A stretch of 64,000 nt of DNA, from NCBI GenBank assembly GCA_964557165.1, contig CAZKZE010000005.1, positions 2,344-66,343 of the forward strand, written 5' to 3'. The DNA is from an uncultured Woeseiaceae bacterium (GTDB taxonomy: Bacteria; Pseudomonadota; Gammaproteobacteria; Steroidobacterales; Woeseiaceae). The translations under genes were made by a program, and so were the position numbers. Within the stretch, counting starts at the first letter, position 1; every line of letters starts with the position of its first letter. Under the pieces are notes generated by a model. It worked only from the letters and a program-made list of their open reading frames with translations, was not told the DNA's origin and did not search any database. This document shows, in pieces, positions 47,626-57,240 of the stretch.

Positions 47626-48421
47626 ACCGATACCTCAAATACTCGCCAGCCTGCTGTCCCTCGCGATATTCCTGCCGGCATTTGCCCAGGAACCCGAGGA
47701 GGTCATAGACGAGGAACCCGAGATTCGCCGGTACACGGTGGAAGTGATCATCTTCAAATACGCAGAAGAGGTCTCAACAGGCAGCGAGGTGTTTTTGCCC
47801 GACGAAATCGCTGCAGAACAGATACTCGAGGAGCTGACATTCGAAGAGGAGATCGAGATCCTCGAAGAGCCGGACCCCGGGGTCGAAGAAGAGCCAGAGC
47901 CACTTCCGGACACAGAGTTCATGCTACTCGTTGAAGAGGACTACCAGCTGGGCGAGGTACTCGAGCACCTGACACGTCTCGATGCCTATGAGCCGGTCAT
48001 GCATTTCGGCTGGACCCAGGCAACCTGGCCCGCGGAAGAAACCGAAGCGATTCCCTTGAATCGCTTTGCCGAACCACCCGAAGACTTTGACGGCAACCTG
48101 ACGCTCTACCTGAGCCGTTACCTTCACCTTGTCGTCGACTTGCAGCTCGATGCAACACCTGAAGCCGAGGTCGTTGGCCAGGACGAGTTCGATTACCGGT
48201 ATGACACGACAACGAACGGCGAATTCCTCGGCTACGGAGAGGATCCGCAACCGGCGCTTCCGGTGCGCTACAGCATCGAGGAAAACCGGATCCTCAAGAA
48301 TGGTGAGCTACGTTACTACGATCACCCGAAATTCGGTGTGCTCGCCATGGTGACTCGTGTCGAGGAAGAGGAAGAAGATCTGGATGACGTTGGCGAACTA
48401 CTCGGCTACGGTCCCGAGTAA
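47609..48421 (+). CDS. CsiV-like (DUF2803) periplasmic peptidoglycan-associated protein
   Basis: In-frame ATG 47609 (or 47618) of ORF 47396-48421, overlapping the mfd stop. Signal peptide ILASLLSLAIFLPAFAQ. RRYTVEVIIFKY near the N-terminus and LRYYDHPKFGVLAMVTRVEE near the C-terminus match my memory of V. cholerae CsiV motifs. Confidence 0.6.
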   Translation: MKAMHRPIPQILASLLSLAIFLPAFAQEPEEVIDEEPEIRRYTVEVIIFKYAEEVSTGSEVFLPDEIAAEQILEELTFEEEIEILEEPDPGVEEEPEPLPDTEFMLLVEEDYQLGEVLEHLTRLDAYEPVMHFGWTQATWPAEETEAIPLNRFAEPPEDFDGNLTLYLSRYLHLVVDLQLDATPEAEVVGQDEFDYRYDTTTNGEFLGYGEDPQPALPVRYSIEENRILKNGELRYYDHPKFGVLAMVTRVEEEEEDLDDVGELLGYGPE

Positions 48422-49282
48422 TTCGTCCAGGAACTCCGACGCGCTCCGCGACTCATTCGCTGCGTCCGCCACGGTGACATCGAAACTCACGGTAACGAAC
48501 TTTCCGGAGCTCGAGCGCGGATGATGCAAACCGAGTTCGCGTACGGCCGTTGCTATACGTGACGCGAATTCTCGCACGCCATCCTCTTCGGACGCGTGGG
48601 ACAAGGCCACGAAGCACGCACCCTCCGGCCTCGCGACGACGTCGCTGGCCCGTTTGAGGCAGCGACGAATCGCCTGTCCGACGCGCCGCAGGCACGAGTC
48701 GGATGCATGGCGCCCGAATACTTCGATGTAGGCGTCGAACTCATCCAGGCGAAACGTCACCAGTGACATGCAGCTCTTCTCGCGACTCGCAACTGCCCAG
48801 TCGTGCTCGAACACATCCCGAAACGCGTGGTTGTTCAGCAGCCCGGTAACCGGATCGTCGCGCGACAGGTCCCGAATGCGGCGCTTGGCCTTGAGTAACG
48901 CGTGGTGCATTTCCGCACCGTCAGCCGGCGCAGCGTTGGTTCCACTGCGCCAATAGGCCGCGTAGAAAGACGCCGAATCTTCCGCATCGTCGTGGAGTGG
49001 CTTTAACACGAGCAGGTATTCCCTGCTGTTCGACTCCACGGGAAAGCTGGTCTCCTGTTGCGAGCGAACAGACTCACTAACCTCGAGAGCAAGGTCGCGA
49101 CCGCCCAGGTCCTCTACGACATCCGCGAACGGCTTGTTGAGCACCTCGTCGGAACAGATATTTCCAAACGCGGGGTTGGCGAGAACAACCGGCCAATCCG
49201 GCTGATCGATTCGCACGACCAGGAGAGGCTCGGTCGTACCTGACAGAACTTGCTCGAGAATTATTCGCTTCACGGGTTTCAT
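48398..49282 (-). CDS. PAS-like + degenerate GGDEF domain protein (active site EGACF; RxxD I-site kept)
   Basis: 294 aa. DPVTGLLNNHAFRDVFEH opens the GGDEF fold. RASD-VVARP-EGACF (48611-48652) sits where RxxD-x5-GG(D/E)EF is expected. The FK..ND substrate motif is replaced by FDAYIEVFG. Confidence 0.8.
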   Translation of the reverse strand: MKPVKRIILEQVLSGTTEPLLVVRIDQPDWPVVLANPAFGNICSDEVLNKPFADVVEDLGGRDLALEVSESVRSQQETSFPVESNSREYLLVLKPLHDDAEDSASFYAAYWRSGTNAAPADGAEMHHALLKAKRRIRDLSRDDPVTGLLNNHAFRDVFEHDWAVASREKSCMSLVTFRLDEFDAYIEVFGRHASDSCLRRVGQAIRRCLKRASDVVARPEGACFVALSHASEEDGVREFASRIATAVRELGLHHPRSSSGKFVTVSFDVTVADAANESRSASEFLDELLGTVAE

Positions 49283-49289
49283 CGCGAAC

Positions 49290-50027
49290 TCATTTTGGTG
49301 CCCGAAAGAAGGCCTGAAGTGTTGTCATTGTCGCATGCCGCGCCGCTGCCGTGCTGGCTTCGACATCATCATGAATGGGTACGTCACCGCGACCGGCTGC
49401 GCGATTGACTATCATCGCGATGCACGCGTATTCGAGTCCGGCCTCGCGGGCAATCGCGGCCTCCGGCATCGCGGTCATACCCACGTAGTCGGCCCCATCG
49501 CGCTCCAGTCGATCGACTTCGGCAGCAGTCTCGAGGCGAGGACCCTGGGTGGTCGCGTAGACGCCACCGTCATAGCAATCGACCCCCTCTCCCGCCGCGG
49601 CCTCGAGCAAGCCCTTGCGCAGGCTCTCCGAGAACGGTTCCGTGAAATCGATATGCTCGACGACCCCGCGCCTGCCGTCGAACAGTGTGTGATCGCGTCC
49701 ATGGGTGTAATCGAGTAGCTGGTCGGGAACGGCGATCTGGCCAGAGTCACGAACGTTGGAAACAACGCCGACCGTATTGAGCGCAATGACTGACTCGGCG
49801 CCCAGCTTTTTGAGAGCCACGATATTCGCACGATAGTTGATCGTATGCGGTGGCAACGTATGACCTTCGCCATGGCGCGCCATCGACAATACATGGCAAT
49901 CGCCGAAACACACACGATGAACCGGCGCCGACGGAACGCCCCAGGCAGTCTGCACTTCCGTGCCGCTGCCCTCGCCTTCCAGGATGTCCCAGCCGCTTCC
50001 GATTATGAGTGCGTATGTCGATGCCAT
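49290..50027 (-). CDS. S-methyl-5'-thioadenosine/thioinosine phosphorylase (MtnP/MTIP-type PNP)
   Basis: 245 aa. GVPSAPVHRVCFGDCHVLSMARHGEGHTLPPHTINYRANIVALKKLGAESVIALNTVG resembles the Pseudomonas PA3004-type enzyme. Next to nagZ as in Pseudomonas. Confidence 0.85.
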   Translation of the reverse strand: MASTYALIIGSGWDILEGEGSGTEVQTAWGVPSAPVHRVCFGDCHVLSMARHGEGHTLPPHTINYRANIVALKKLGAESVIALNTVGVVSNVRDSGQIAVPDQLLDYTHGRDHTLFDGRRGVVEHIDFTEPFSESLRKGLLEAAAGEGVDCYDGGVYATTQGPRLETAAEVDRLERDGADYVGMTAMPEAAIAREAGLEYACIAMIVNRAAGRGDVPIHDDVEASTAAARHATMTTLQAFFRAPK

Positions 50028-50036
50028 TCCTTTTCC

Positions 50037-51083
50037 TCAGGCGTCCAGATGAAACTCGGGCCGGTCACTCCAGTGCGCAAACCGTTCGTTCACTGTCTGC
50101 CACTGCTCGCTTGCAAGTAACTCCTCGCGCAACAGGCTGCCAGTACCATGCAGCCGGGCCAGACGAACCAGCGACAGCGGATTCGAATAGGCATTCAGCG
50201 AATCGACAGCCTCGTGTGCCGCGTCGCGATCATTGCACACCAGGATCATGTCGCATCCGGCATCGAGCGCAAGGCGTCCCCGTTCGGCCATTGAGCCATA
50301 GCCCCGCGTAGCCTTCATACTCAAATCGTCGCAGAACACCGCACCACCAAAACCGAGCCTCGAGCGCAATTCACGCTGAATCCAGAGTTCAGAAAAGCCG
50401 GCCGGTTGCGCCTCGATCTGCTCGTACACGATATGCGCGAGCATCACGCCGGCGATAGCGCTATTGCCAATCAATCGTTCATACGGCCGCATGTCGTCGA
50501 GAATCAGGCCGTAATCCCTGCGATCGACGGGAAGTTTCAGATGCGAATCTGCAAGCACCGCTCCGTGACCGGGAAAATGTTTAGCGACCGCAGCCATACC
50601 TGCGCTGCGCAGGCCGCGGGCAAATTCATTTGCCAGGTCAGCGACGATCCCGGGTTTCTTATGGAACGAGCGATCACCGATGATATCGCTGACACCCCAG
50701 TCGAGATCGACGCAGGGAGCGAAACACAGATCGATACCAACCGCGCGCAACTCCGAGGCGATCAGCCAGCCCGCCTCGCGAGCCGCCACAAGCCCCGACG
50801 CGGAATCCCGGTCGTACTCCCGGCCGATACGCCGCATCGGCGGAATCCGCGTGAAGCCGTCGCGAAAGCGCTGTACACGACCACCCTCGTGGTCGACGGC
50901 GATCAGCAATGGTGGACTGCGCAAGGCACGTATATCGGCGACCAGGTCGGTGATCTGATCCGCAGACTCGAAATTTCGCGTGAAGAGAATGACGCCACCC
51001 ACCGCCGGCTCCCGCAGCAGATCACGGTCGGCCGGGCTCAGGGACTGCCCTTCAATATCTAGCATTACGGGTCCGAGTGACAT
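50037..51083 (-). CDS. nagZ: beta-N-acetylhexosaminidase NagZ
   Basis: 348 aa. GPVMLDIEGQSLSPADRDLLREPAVGGVILFTRNF, IAVDHEGGRVQRF, KHFPGHG. Confidence 0.92.
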   Translation of the reverse strand: MSLGPVMLDIEGQSLSPADRDLLREPAVGGVILFTRNFESADQITDLVADIRALRSPPLLIAVDHEGGRVQRFRDGFTRIPPMRRIGREYDRDSASGLVAAREAGWLIASELRAVGIDLCFAPCVDLDWGVSDIIGDRSFHKKPGIVADLANEFARGLRSAGMAAVAKHFPGHGAVLADSHLKLPVDRRDYGLILDDMRPYERLIGNSAIAGVMLAHIVYEQIEAQPAGFSELWIQRELRSRLGFGGAVFCDDLSMKATRGYGSMAERGRLALDAGCDMILVCNDRDAAHEAVDSLNAYSNPLSLVRLARLHGTGSLLREELLASEQWQTVNERFAHWSDRPEFHLDA

Positions 51084-51106
51084 CCGTTGTGCCTCATCGC
51101 TAACGG

Positions 51107-52429
51107 TCAGGATTTCGTAAATACCGCGATAGATTCTACATGTGCTGTGTGCGGGAACATATCGATGATCCCGGCTGATTCCAGTTCGTAGCCTTGCTCA
51201 TGCACAAGGGTGCCGGCGTCTCTCGCCAGGGTACCGGGGTGGCAAGACACGTAGACAATTCGTTTCGGCTTGAACAGGTGCATGCGCGTCACGACTTCCG
51301 CCGCGCCGCTGCGCGCCGGATCGAGGAGCATCCGGCCCCAGCCCTCCCGGACCCAGGCCTCCGTACCGTCAATCTTGCCCAGGTCCGCAACCCGGAACGC
51401 GACGTTGTCGAGCCCGTTGCGCGCGGCGTTCTCGGTCGCGCGTCGCACGAGGCTTTGTTCGCCTTCGACACCGAGCACCGTGCCCGCTTTGCGGGCCAGT
51501 GGCAGCGAAAAATTGCCGATACCACAAAACAGGTCGAGTACCCGATCATCGGTGCCTGCATCAAGCTGCTCCACGGCGAAATGCACCATGCGCTGATTGA
51601 TATCGCTATTAACCTGCACGAAGTCGATCGGCTCGAAATCGACGCGAATATCAAATTCGGGAAGCGTGTAGAACAGGGATTCTTCGACCGAATCCGGATA
51701 CAACATTGCGACGGTATCCAGCCCACCCGTCTGCAGGTAAATGCGTAGTTCATGCTCCTTGCCGAATGCGCGCAACGCCTCGGTATCGGCATCGCTTGGC
51801 GGATCAAGAACGCGAAGAACCAATGCGATGTCGTTCTCCGCGACGGCCACTTCGATCTGTGGCAAACGTGCTCGTATCGAAAGTCCGCCGATCAGCCCGC
51901 TCAGATCGGCGATCATGGAATCCATTGGCGCGGCGAGTACCTCGCAGCGATTCATATCCGTTATATACGGTGCGTGGCGCTCACGGAACCCGACGAGTGT
52001 GCGGCCTTTTCCGTACACGTCCTTGACGGCAAGCCGCGCCCTGCGACGATAATTCCAGACCGGCCCGGTCATCGGTTCCAGCCACGTCCCGGGCTCGACA
52101 CGACCGATGCGCTCGAGATTGTCCCTGAGCGTCTGGGATTTGATGGCGCGCTGCTGTTCCGCGCTGACATGCTGCAGCGAACAGCCGCCACAACGACCGA
52201 ACGCCTCGCACTTCGCCTCGATTCGATCGGGCGACGCCTCGTGTACTTCGAGCAATTCGGCTTCGTCGAAGTTGCGCCGGGATTTTCGCCGTATGAACGT
52301 GACGCTCTCACCTTCCAGCGCGCCCACAACAAAGGTCTTCTTGCCGTCGGTGTCGGCAATACCTCTGCCGTCGTGGGCAACAGCCACGATCCTGGCCGTT
52401 TCCGGCTCGCGTCGTTTCCTGCGCGCCAC
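51107..52429 (-). CDS. rlmD: 23S rRNA (uracil1939-C5)-methyltransferase RlmD
   Basis: 440 aa. TRAM domain, Fe-S Cys cluster (CEAFGRCGGCSLQH), SAM fold (VLDLFCGIGNFSLPLA) and the catalytic VYVSCHPGTLARD. Confidence 0.9.
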   Translation of the reverse strand: MARRKRREPETARIVAVAHDGRGIADTDGKKTFVVGALEGESVTFIRRKSRRNFDEAELLEVHEASPDRIEAKCEAFGRCGGCSLQHVSAEQQRAIKSQTLRDNLERIGRVEPGTWLEPMTGPVWNYRRRARLAVKDVYGKGRTLVGFRERHAPYITDMNRCEVLAAPMDSMIADLSGLIGGLSIRARLPQIEVAVAENDIALVLRVLDPPSDADTEALRAFGKEHELRIYLQTGGLDTVAMLYPDSVEESLFYTLPEFDIRVDFEPIDFVQVNSDINQRMVHFAVEQLDAGTDDRVLDLFCGIGNFSLPLARKAGTVLGVEGEQSLVRRATENAARNGLDNVAFRVADLGKIDGTEAWVREGWGRMLLDPARSGAAEVVTRMHLFKPKRIVYVSCHPGTLARDAGTLVHEQGYELESAGIIDMFPHTAHVESIAVFTKS

Positions 52430-52431
52430 TA

Positions 52432-53208
52432 TCAGCTGCTCTCAGGCCAGGCAGCGAGAAATTCATTGAGATGCGGCTGGTCCATCCCTGCCAACGTGCT
52501 CCGCACCAGCGCGAACTCCCGCTGGAGGTCCTTGCCGTCCAGGTTGCCACGCATGTACTCGAAGCGCAGGTAGACGAGCCAGGTATTCAGTACGTCGGTC
52601 TCACAATAGTCGCGGATCTCCTTGATCCCGCCCTCGAGCCAGGTATCCCAGACCTTCGCGCCGCTCATGCCCAGCTTTCCAGGTAGCCCGAGCATGACTG
52701 CAATCTCATCGAGCTTCGCGAACGCGCGATTGTTGTAATTCGCGAGCACATCCATCAGGTCGACGTGCCGCCAATGATAGCGGCTCAAATAGTTATTCCA
52801 TTTAAAATCGCGATCCGATTCGCCTTTCTCCCAATAACGCGGCGCCTGGATGCCGTGCTTGAGGGCGCGATAATGCAAAACCGGCAAATCGAATCCGCCT
52901 CCGTTCCAGGAGACCAGGTCGGGTGTGTAGCGATCCACGCCGTCATAGAATCGTTGCACGAGTTCGGCCTCGTCCGACGCTTCGTCGCCGAGACTCCATA
53001 CCTTGAACGTATCTGCCGTACGGAAGGTCACCGAAATCGCGACAATTCGATGCTGGTGCAGCGGCAGGAAATCGTGACCGACGGCCTGTTGCCGCTTGAA
53101 CAACATCGCCGTCGCGACGTCCTCGTCCGACAGCCCGTCGAGATCGAGCAAAGCTCGCCCAAGCTCGACGTCGGGTATCGTCTCAATATCGAATGAAAAA
53201 CAATGCAT
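52432..53208 (-). CDS. predicted 3'-5' exonuclease related to the PolB exonuclease domain (COG3298-like)
   Basis: 258 aa. FSFDIETIPD (ExoI), VSWNGGGFDLPVLHYRAL (ExoII), YCETDVLNT (ExoIII). Confidence 0.75.
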   Translation of the reverse strand: MHCFSFDIETIPDVELGRALLDLDGLSDEDVATAMLFKRQQAVGHDFLPLHQHRIVAISVTFRTADTFKVWSLGDEASDEAELVQRFYDGVDRYTPDLVSWNGGGFDLPVLHYRALKHGIQAPRYWEKGESDRDFKWNNYLSRYHWRHVDLMDVLANYNNRAFAKLDEIAVMLGLPGKLGMSGAKVWDTWLEGGIKEIRDYCETDVLNTWLVYLRFEYMRGNLDGKDLQREFALVRSTLAGMDQPHLNEFLAAWPESS

Positions 53209-53214
53209 TCCAGA

Positions 53215-53607
53215 CTATTCCTTGTGTTCCGCATTCTCGACGACAGCGAATGCCATGATCAGGCCAGCGTCATCGGTAAGACTGACGTGACCGCTGCCGA
53301 TGCCGAGGCGCGCACAAACCCGACTGCCCCGCTCCGACCAAACGATGACGGGGCGGCCCCAGTTGTTATTCAGGATACCGACGTCTCGCAGCCAGACACC
53401 ATGGGCGAACCCGGTGCCCATCGCCTTTACGGTAGCTTCCTTACCTGCAAACCGCATTGCCAGGAAACGCACAGGATTCTTGCTGCGTTCATAGAGTTCA
53501 AGCTCCTCATCCATCAGGATCCGTCGCGCGAAATGATCACCGAAACGATCATAGATTCCCTGGACGCGACTCAGTTCGACAATGTCGGTGCCAATTCCGA
53601 AGATCAT
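53215..53607 (-). CDS. acpS: holo-ACP synthase
   Basis: 130 aa. MIFGIGTDIVELSRV and FAGKEATVKAMGTG. Confidence 0.9.
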   Translation of the reverse strand: MIFGIGTDIVELSRVQGIYDRFGDHFARRILMDEELELYERSKNPVRFLAMRFAGKEATVKAMGTGFAHGVWLRDVGILNNNWGRPVIVWSERGSRVCARLGIGSGHVSLTDDAGLIMAFAVVENAEHKE

Positions 53608-53614
53608 CCGCTCG

Positions 53615-54355
53615 TCACTCCGCGCGCGCCTCGAGCATCAGCCGTTTCATCTCACTGACAGCAATCGACAGTCCATCAAAGACCGCGCGAGCCACGATTG
53701 CATGCCCGATGTTCAGTTCGACAATCTGTTCAATGCGCGCGATCGGTTTGACGTTCTGGTAATGCAGTCCGTGACCGGCATTGATGACCAGGCCGAGGCC
53801 ATGCCCATAGCTGGCGGCATCGACAATGCGTTCGAGTTCGGTCGCATGCACATCGCCTTCTGTGTCCGCATATCTGCCCGTATGTAGTTCGACCACCGGT
53901 GCTCCCGCGGAGACGGCCGCATCAAGTTGCGCACGCTCGGGATCAATGAATAACGACACGCGTATGCCGGCGTCTCCGAGTTCCCGGCAGGCTGCGCGCA
54001 CCTTGTCCAGTTGACCCGCAACATCCAGGCCGCCTTCCGTTGTCAGTTCCTCACGTTTCTCCGGCACAAGGCAAACATCCGCGGGCCGCATTTGTTTCGC
54101 GATGGCGACCATCTCGTCTGTTACCGCCATTTCGAGATTCATGTGGGTCTTCATAAGCTCGTTGATCTCGTCGAGATCATGGTCCTGAATATGGCGTCGA
54201 TCCTCGCGCAAGTGCACGGTGATGCTGTCTGCGCCAGCCATTTCCGCCAGGCGCACTGCATCGGCAGGCCGCGGGTAACTAGTACCACGGGCCTGGCGCA
54301 GCGTTGCCACGTGGTCGATATTGACGCCGAGAAATATCGGTTTCGCGTCATTCAT
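53615..54355 (-). CDS. pdxJ: pyridoxine 5'-phosphate synthase
   Basis: ORF 53615-54541; the conserved protein starts at ATG 54355 ([28 protein letters not shown]). [12 protein letters not shown] and VELHTG motifs. Confidence 0.92.
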   Translation of the reverse strand: MNDAKPIFLGVNIDHVATLRQARGTSYPRPADAVRLAEMAGADSITVHLREDRRHIQDHDLDEINELMKTHMNLEMAVTDEMVAIAKQMRPADVCLVPEKREELTTEGGLDVAGQLDKVRAACRELGDAGIRVSLFIDPERAQLDAAVSAGAPVVELHTGRYADTEGDVHATELERIVDAASYGHGLGLVINAGHGLHYQNVKPIARIEQIVELNIGHAIVARAVFDGLSIAVSEMKRLMLEARAE

Positions 54356-55106
54356 CAAGGGTTGTCCGATCCTGAGGAGGCGCAATTCTACCGCGATGTA
54401 CTTCGCGCAGCACCTTGCGGCTCTGTAGTTCCTTGCCGCCGAGGTGGTGGGCAATGGCGGCACGTAGCAGGCGATTTGCGGATCGCAACACATCCGGGTC
54501 TGCAAACTCCCGAGCGGCAATTGCGAGCAAGGTAGCACCACGAAATACCAGCGGGCCGTCCGAGCGCGCTACTGGCGCCGGCCCCTGGTCGACGCGGTAT
54601 TCGTAATTGCCGTCCGGATCGATGTCGTCGTTCGTTCCAGCCACATGTCCGAGCGTCACGGCGTAGCCAAGCAGGCTCAGCAACTCGAGTTCAAAGTTGC
54701 GCAGGCATGACGCGATATCCACGTTGCGACAAAGAGAAGGAATTGTCTCGGCGTAGAGTTCGAATATTTCGGGTTGCGGATCATGACGGTGCAGGAAATA
54801 GAGCAACAACTCATTGATGTAGTAGGCCGACAACAGCGCATCGCCTTTCAATCCGCAAGGCGGACCGTTGGCCTCGGCGCCGGTGAGCGTGCCGAGATCC
54901 GACCTGGCCACCCACGATATTCGCAGGGGCATGAATGGCCGCAGCAGGCCCGCAAGCCTGGATTTCGAGCCACGACTGCCACGCGCCACCGCGGCGACTG
55001 TGCCGTAGTCACGCGTCAATACATCGATGATCTGGCTGGAGTCGCGAAACGGACGCCGGTGCAGAATATACGCTGGCTGTTGCTGTACGCGCCTGGGATT
55101 ATTCAC
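54348..55106 (-). CDS. recO: DNA repair protein RecO
   Basis: 252 aa. [28 protein letters not shown]-fold start. Synteny era-recO-pdxJ. Confidence 0.88.
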   Translation of the reverse strand: MNNPRRVQQQPAYILHRRPFRDSSQIIDVLTRDYGTVAAVARGSRGSKSRLAGLLRPFMPLRISWVARSDLGTLTGAEANGPPCGLKGDALLSAYYINELLLYFLHRHDPQPEIFELYAETIPSLCRNVDIASCLRNFELELLSLLGYAVTLGHVAGTNDDIDPDGNYEYRVDQGPAPVARSDGPLVFRGATLLAIAAREFADPDVLRSANRLLRAAIAHHLGGKELQSRKVLREVHRGRIAPPQDRTTLDE

Positions 55107-55130
55107 TGTTTCACTGCTATGGTCGCGCGG

Positions 55131-56024
55131 CTACGGCGACTCGTAGCCGAGGTTCAGTAGATCCTGCTCGTTGTCGGCCCAATTGGTCTTGACCTTTACC
55201 CAGAGCTCCAGGTGCACATTGCGCTGCAGCTGTTCCTTTAGTTCGAGTCTTGCCGCCCTGCCCACTTTCTTAAGCACGCTGCCATTCTTGCCGACCACGA
55301 TGCCTTTCTGACTATCGCGCTCCACCCAGATCACGGCATTGATCGTGATACCGCCCTCTTCTTCAAGGTAGCGTTCGATCTGCACCGTTAGCCCATACGG
55401 CAGTTCCTGGTGAAGCAGCAGCGTGAGCTTCTCCCGGATGATCTCGGACGCGTGAAATTCCCGGCTGCGATCCGTGAGCATGTCTTCCGGAAACAGCGGC
55501 GGGGATTCGGGCAAAAACTGCGGCAACAGATCCATCAGTTTGTCGAGGTAGTCGTGCTTCAAAGCCGAAACCGGCAGGATCTCCGCGAACTCCCGACGTG
55601 CCGACATGAGCGCCAACGCATCGAGCAACTTCTCCTTCGGATGCACCTTGTCAACTTTGTTCAGCACGGCCACGACCGGCGTCTGAACCCTGGCCAGGCG
55701 TTTCAGGACGTCATCATCTTCGCCGGTCCAGTGAGTAGCATCGCTGACGAACAGGATAACATCTGCATCGGCCAGCGCGTTCACGGCGGTGCGGTTCATC
55801 AACCGGTTCATGGCTTTGCCGGCCTTGCGATGCAGGCCGGGCGTATCGACGAAGATTATTTGTGCATCCGCCGACGTGTGAACGGCGAGAATGCGATGAC
55901 GCGTTGTCTGCGGCTTGGCAGTTACGATGCTGACCTTCCGGCCCATAACGGCGTTGATCAGCGTCGACTTGCCGACGTTGGGCCGGCCAATGACGGCGAC
56001 AAGACCGCAACGATGCGCACTCAC
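55131..56024 (-). CDS. era: GTPase Era
   Basis: 297 aa. GRPNVGKSTLINAV, DTPG, NKVD, and a KH domain at the C-terminus. Confidence 0.95.
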   Translation of the reverse strand: MSAHRCGLVAVIGRPNVGKSTLINAVMGRKVSIVTAKPQTTRHRILAVHTSADAQIIFVDTPGLHRKAGKAMNRLMNRTAVNALADADVILFVSDATHWTGEDDDVLKRLARVQTPVVAVLNKVDKVHPKEKLLDALALMSARREFAEILPVSALKHDYLDKLMDLLPQFLPESPPLFPEDMLTDRSREFHASEIIREKLTLLLHQELPYGLTVQIERYLEEEGGITINAVIWVERDSQKGIVVGKNGSVLKKVGRAARLELKEQLQRNVHLELWVKVKTNWADNEQDLLNLGYESP

Positions 56025-56704
56025 GGCCGCTCTCCGGACAGGATTACGAGCATATCCCTCGCCGCACGCTGTTCAGCCTTGCGGCGCGATGTCGACTGGC
56101 CTTCGGTTGTCTGGGAGAGTTCGATCACGGTGCACGACACAACGAATTTTTGTCGATGATCCTTGCCAGTCACACTGACAAGATCATAAGCAGGAAGCGA
56201 CAGTTTGCGCGCCTGCAGCCACTCCTGCAAACGGGTTTTCGGGTCGCGCAGGTCTGCCGCGTCTGGCAGCGCCGCAAGGCGCTGTTCGAACACGCGATCG
56301 ATAATGTCTTTCGCGGCGTCATATCCTGAATCGAGATAGACCGCGCCGAAGATCGCCTCAAGCGCATCAGCCAGGATCGACTCGCGGCGGTGCCCGCCTG
56401 TCTTGCGTTCCCCGCTACCGAGAATCAGATGCTCGCCGAGCCCCAGGTTAACGGCGAGTTCTGCAAGCGTAGTGTCTTTGACGAGTGATGCCCTCAATTT
56501 GCTGAGGTCACCCTCATCGGCATCGGGGCGGATATAGAACAGCGCATCCGAAATGACGAAATCAAGAACCGCGTCGCCAAGAAACTCCAGGCGTTCGTTG
56601 TTGGGTCCGGTTGCGCTTCTATGTGTAAGTGCCTGAACGAAAAGCCCGGCATCATGAAACCGATAATGCAGCGTCTTTTCGAGCCAGCTTTCGGCCTTTT
56701 CCAA
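56021..56704 (-). CDS. rnc: ribonuclease III
   Basis: 227 aa. NERLEFLGDAVLDFVISD signature and a C-terminal dsRBD. Confidence 0.95.
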   Translation of the reverse strand: MEKAESWLEKTLHYRFHDAGLFVQALTHRSATGPNNERLEFLGDAVLDFVISDALFYIRPDADEGDLSKLRASLVKDTTLAELAVNLGLGEHLILGSGERKTGGHRRESILADALEAIFGAVYLDSGYDAAKDIIDRVFEQRLAALPDAADLRDPKTRLQEWLQARKLSLPAYDLVSVTGKDHRQKFVVSCTVIELSQTTEGQSTSRRKAEQRAARDMLVILSGERP

Positions 56705-56751
56705 TGTTATCGCTCTTGGTTTGCCCTGCCGCTGTTCACGGCCGGATAAGT

Positions 56752-57147
56752 CTATCGGCGAACAAGCGTCCGCTTGTCGAAGTCCACAATGAAGGAGACG
56801 TTGGCGATGAAGGGTGCTTTATGCGAATAGGTCGCTGCGACCTCGAAACCGCCATCTACGGCCGTGACTGTGACGTCCCTCGCCGTAATCTGGCCCACAG
56901 CATCGATGTCAAAACGTCGAGAAATGGAACTGCGAATGGCCGAACGGCTAGCGCCCGTACCGTCGAATTCCTCGCCTACACCATCCACGACACCCACGAC
57001 TTTCATGTAGTTTAGGTACACCGGGGTCAGGCGAATACCGGCAAATGCGAACAGGCCAACGAATGCAACGAGGATAATCAGGCCCAGCGTTGTCATACCG
57101 GCCTGCTGGCGTCTTCCACGCCGTTTTTCCAAGTAATTCAAAGACAT
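56752..57147 (-). CDS. DUF4845 domain protein (single N-terminal TM)
   Basis: 131 aa. GMTTLGLIILVAFVGLFAFAGIRLTPVYLNYMKV. The position between lepB and rnc matches what I recall for Pseudomonas-like genomes. Confidence 0.7.
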   Translation of the reverse strand: MSLNYLEKRRGRRQQAGMTTLGLIILVAFVGLFAFAGIRLTPVYLNYMKVVGVVDGVGEEFDGTGASRSAIRSSISRRFDIDAVGQITARDVTVTAVDGGFEVAATYSHKAPFIANVSFIVDFDKRTLVRR

Positions 57148-57216
57148 ACTAAACTCTCCGATCTGTCAGCCGCGCGTTTCCTGCGCTACATCGCCCAACC
57201 TACAGTGATACTACCC

Positions 57217-57237
57217 GGCAAATCAGTGACTGGCACC
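57217..57237. repeat. solo degenerate copy of the palindromic-repeat unit (ggcaaatcaGTGACTGGCACC)
   Basis: 12-nt core gtgactggcacc is identical to 22787-22797 and 28367-28378. The flank matches 15/21 overall. It lies 3 nt from the lepB stop codon. Confidence 0.45.
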
Positions 57238-57240
57238 ACA

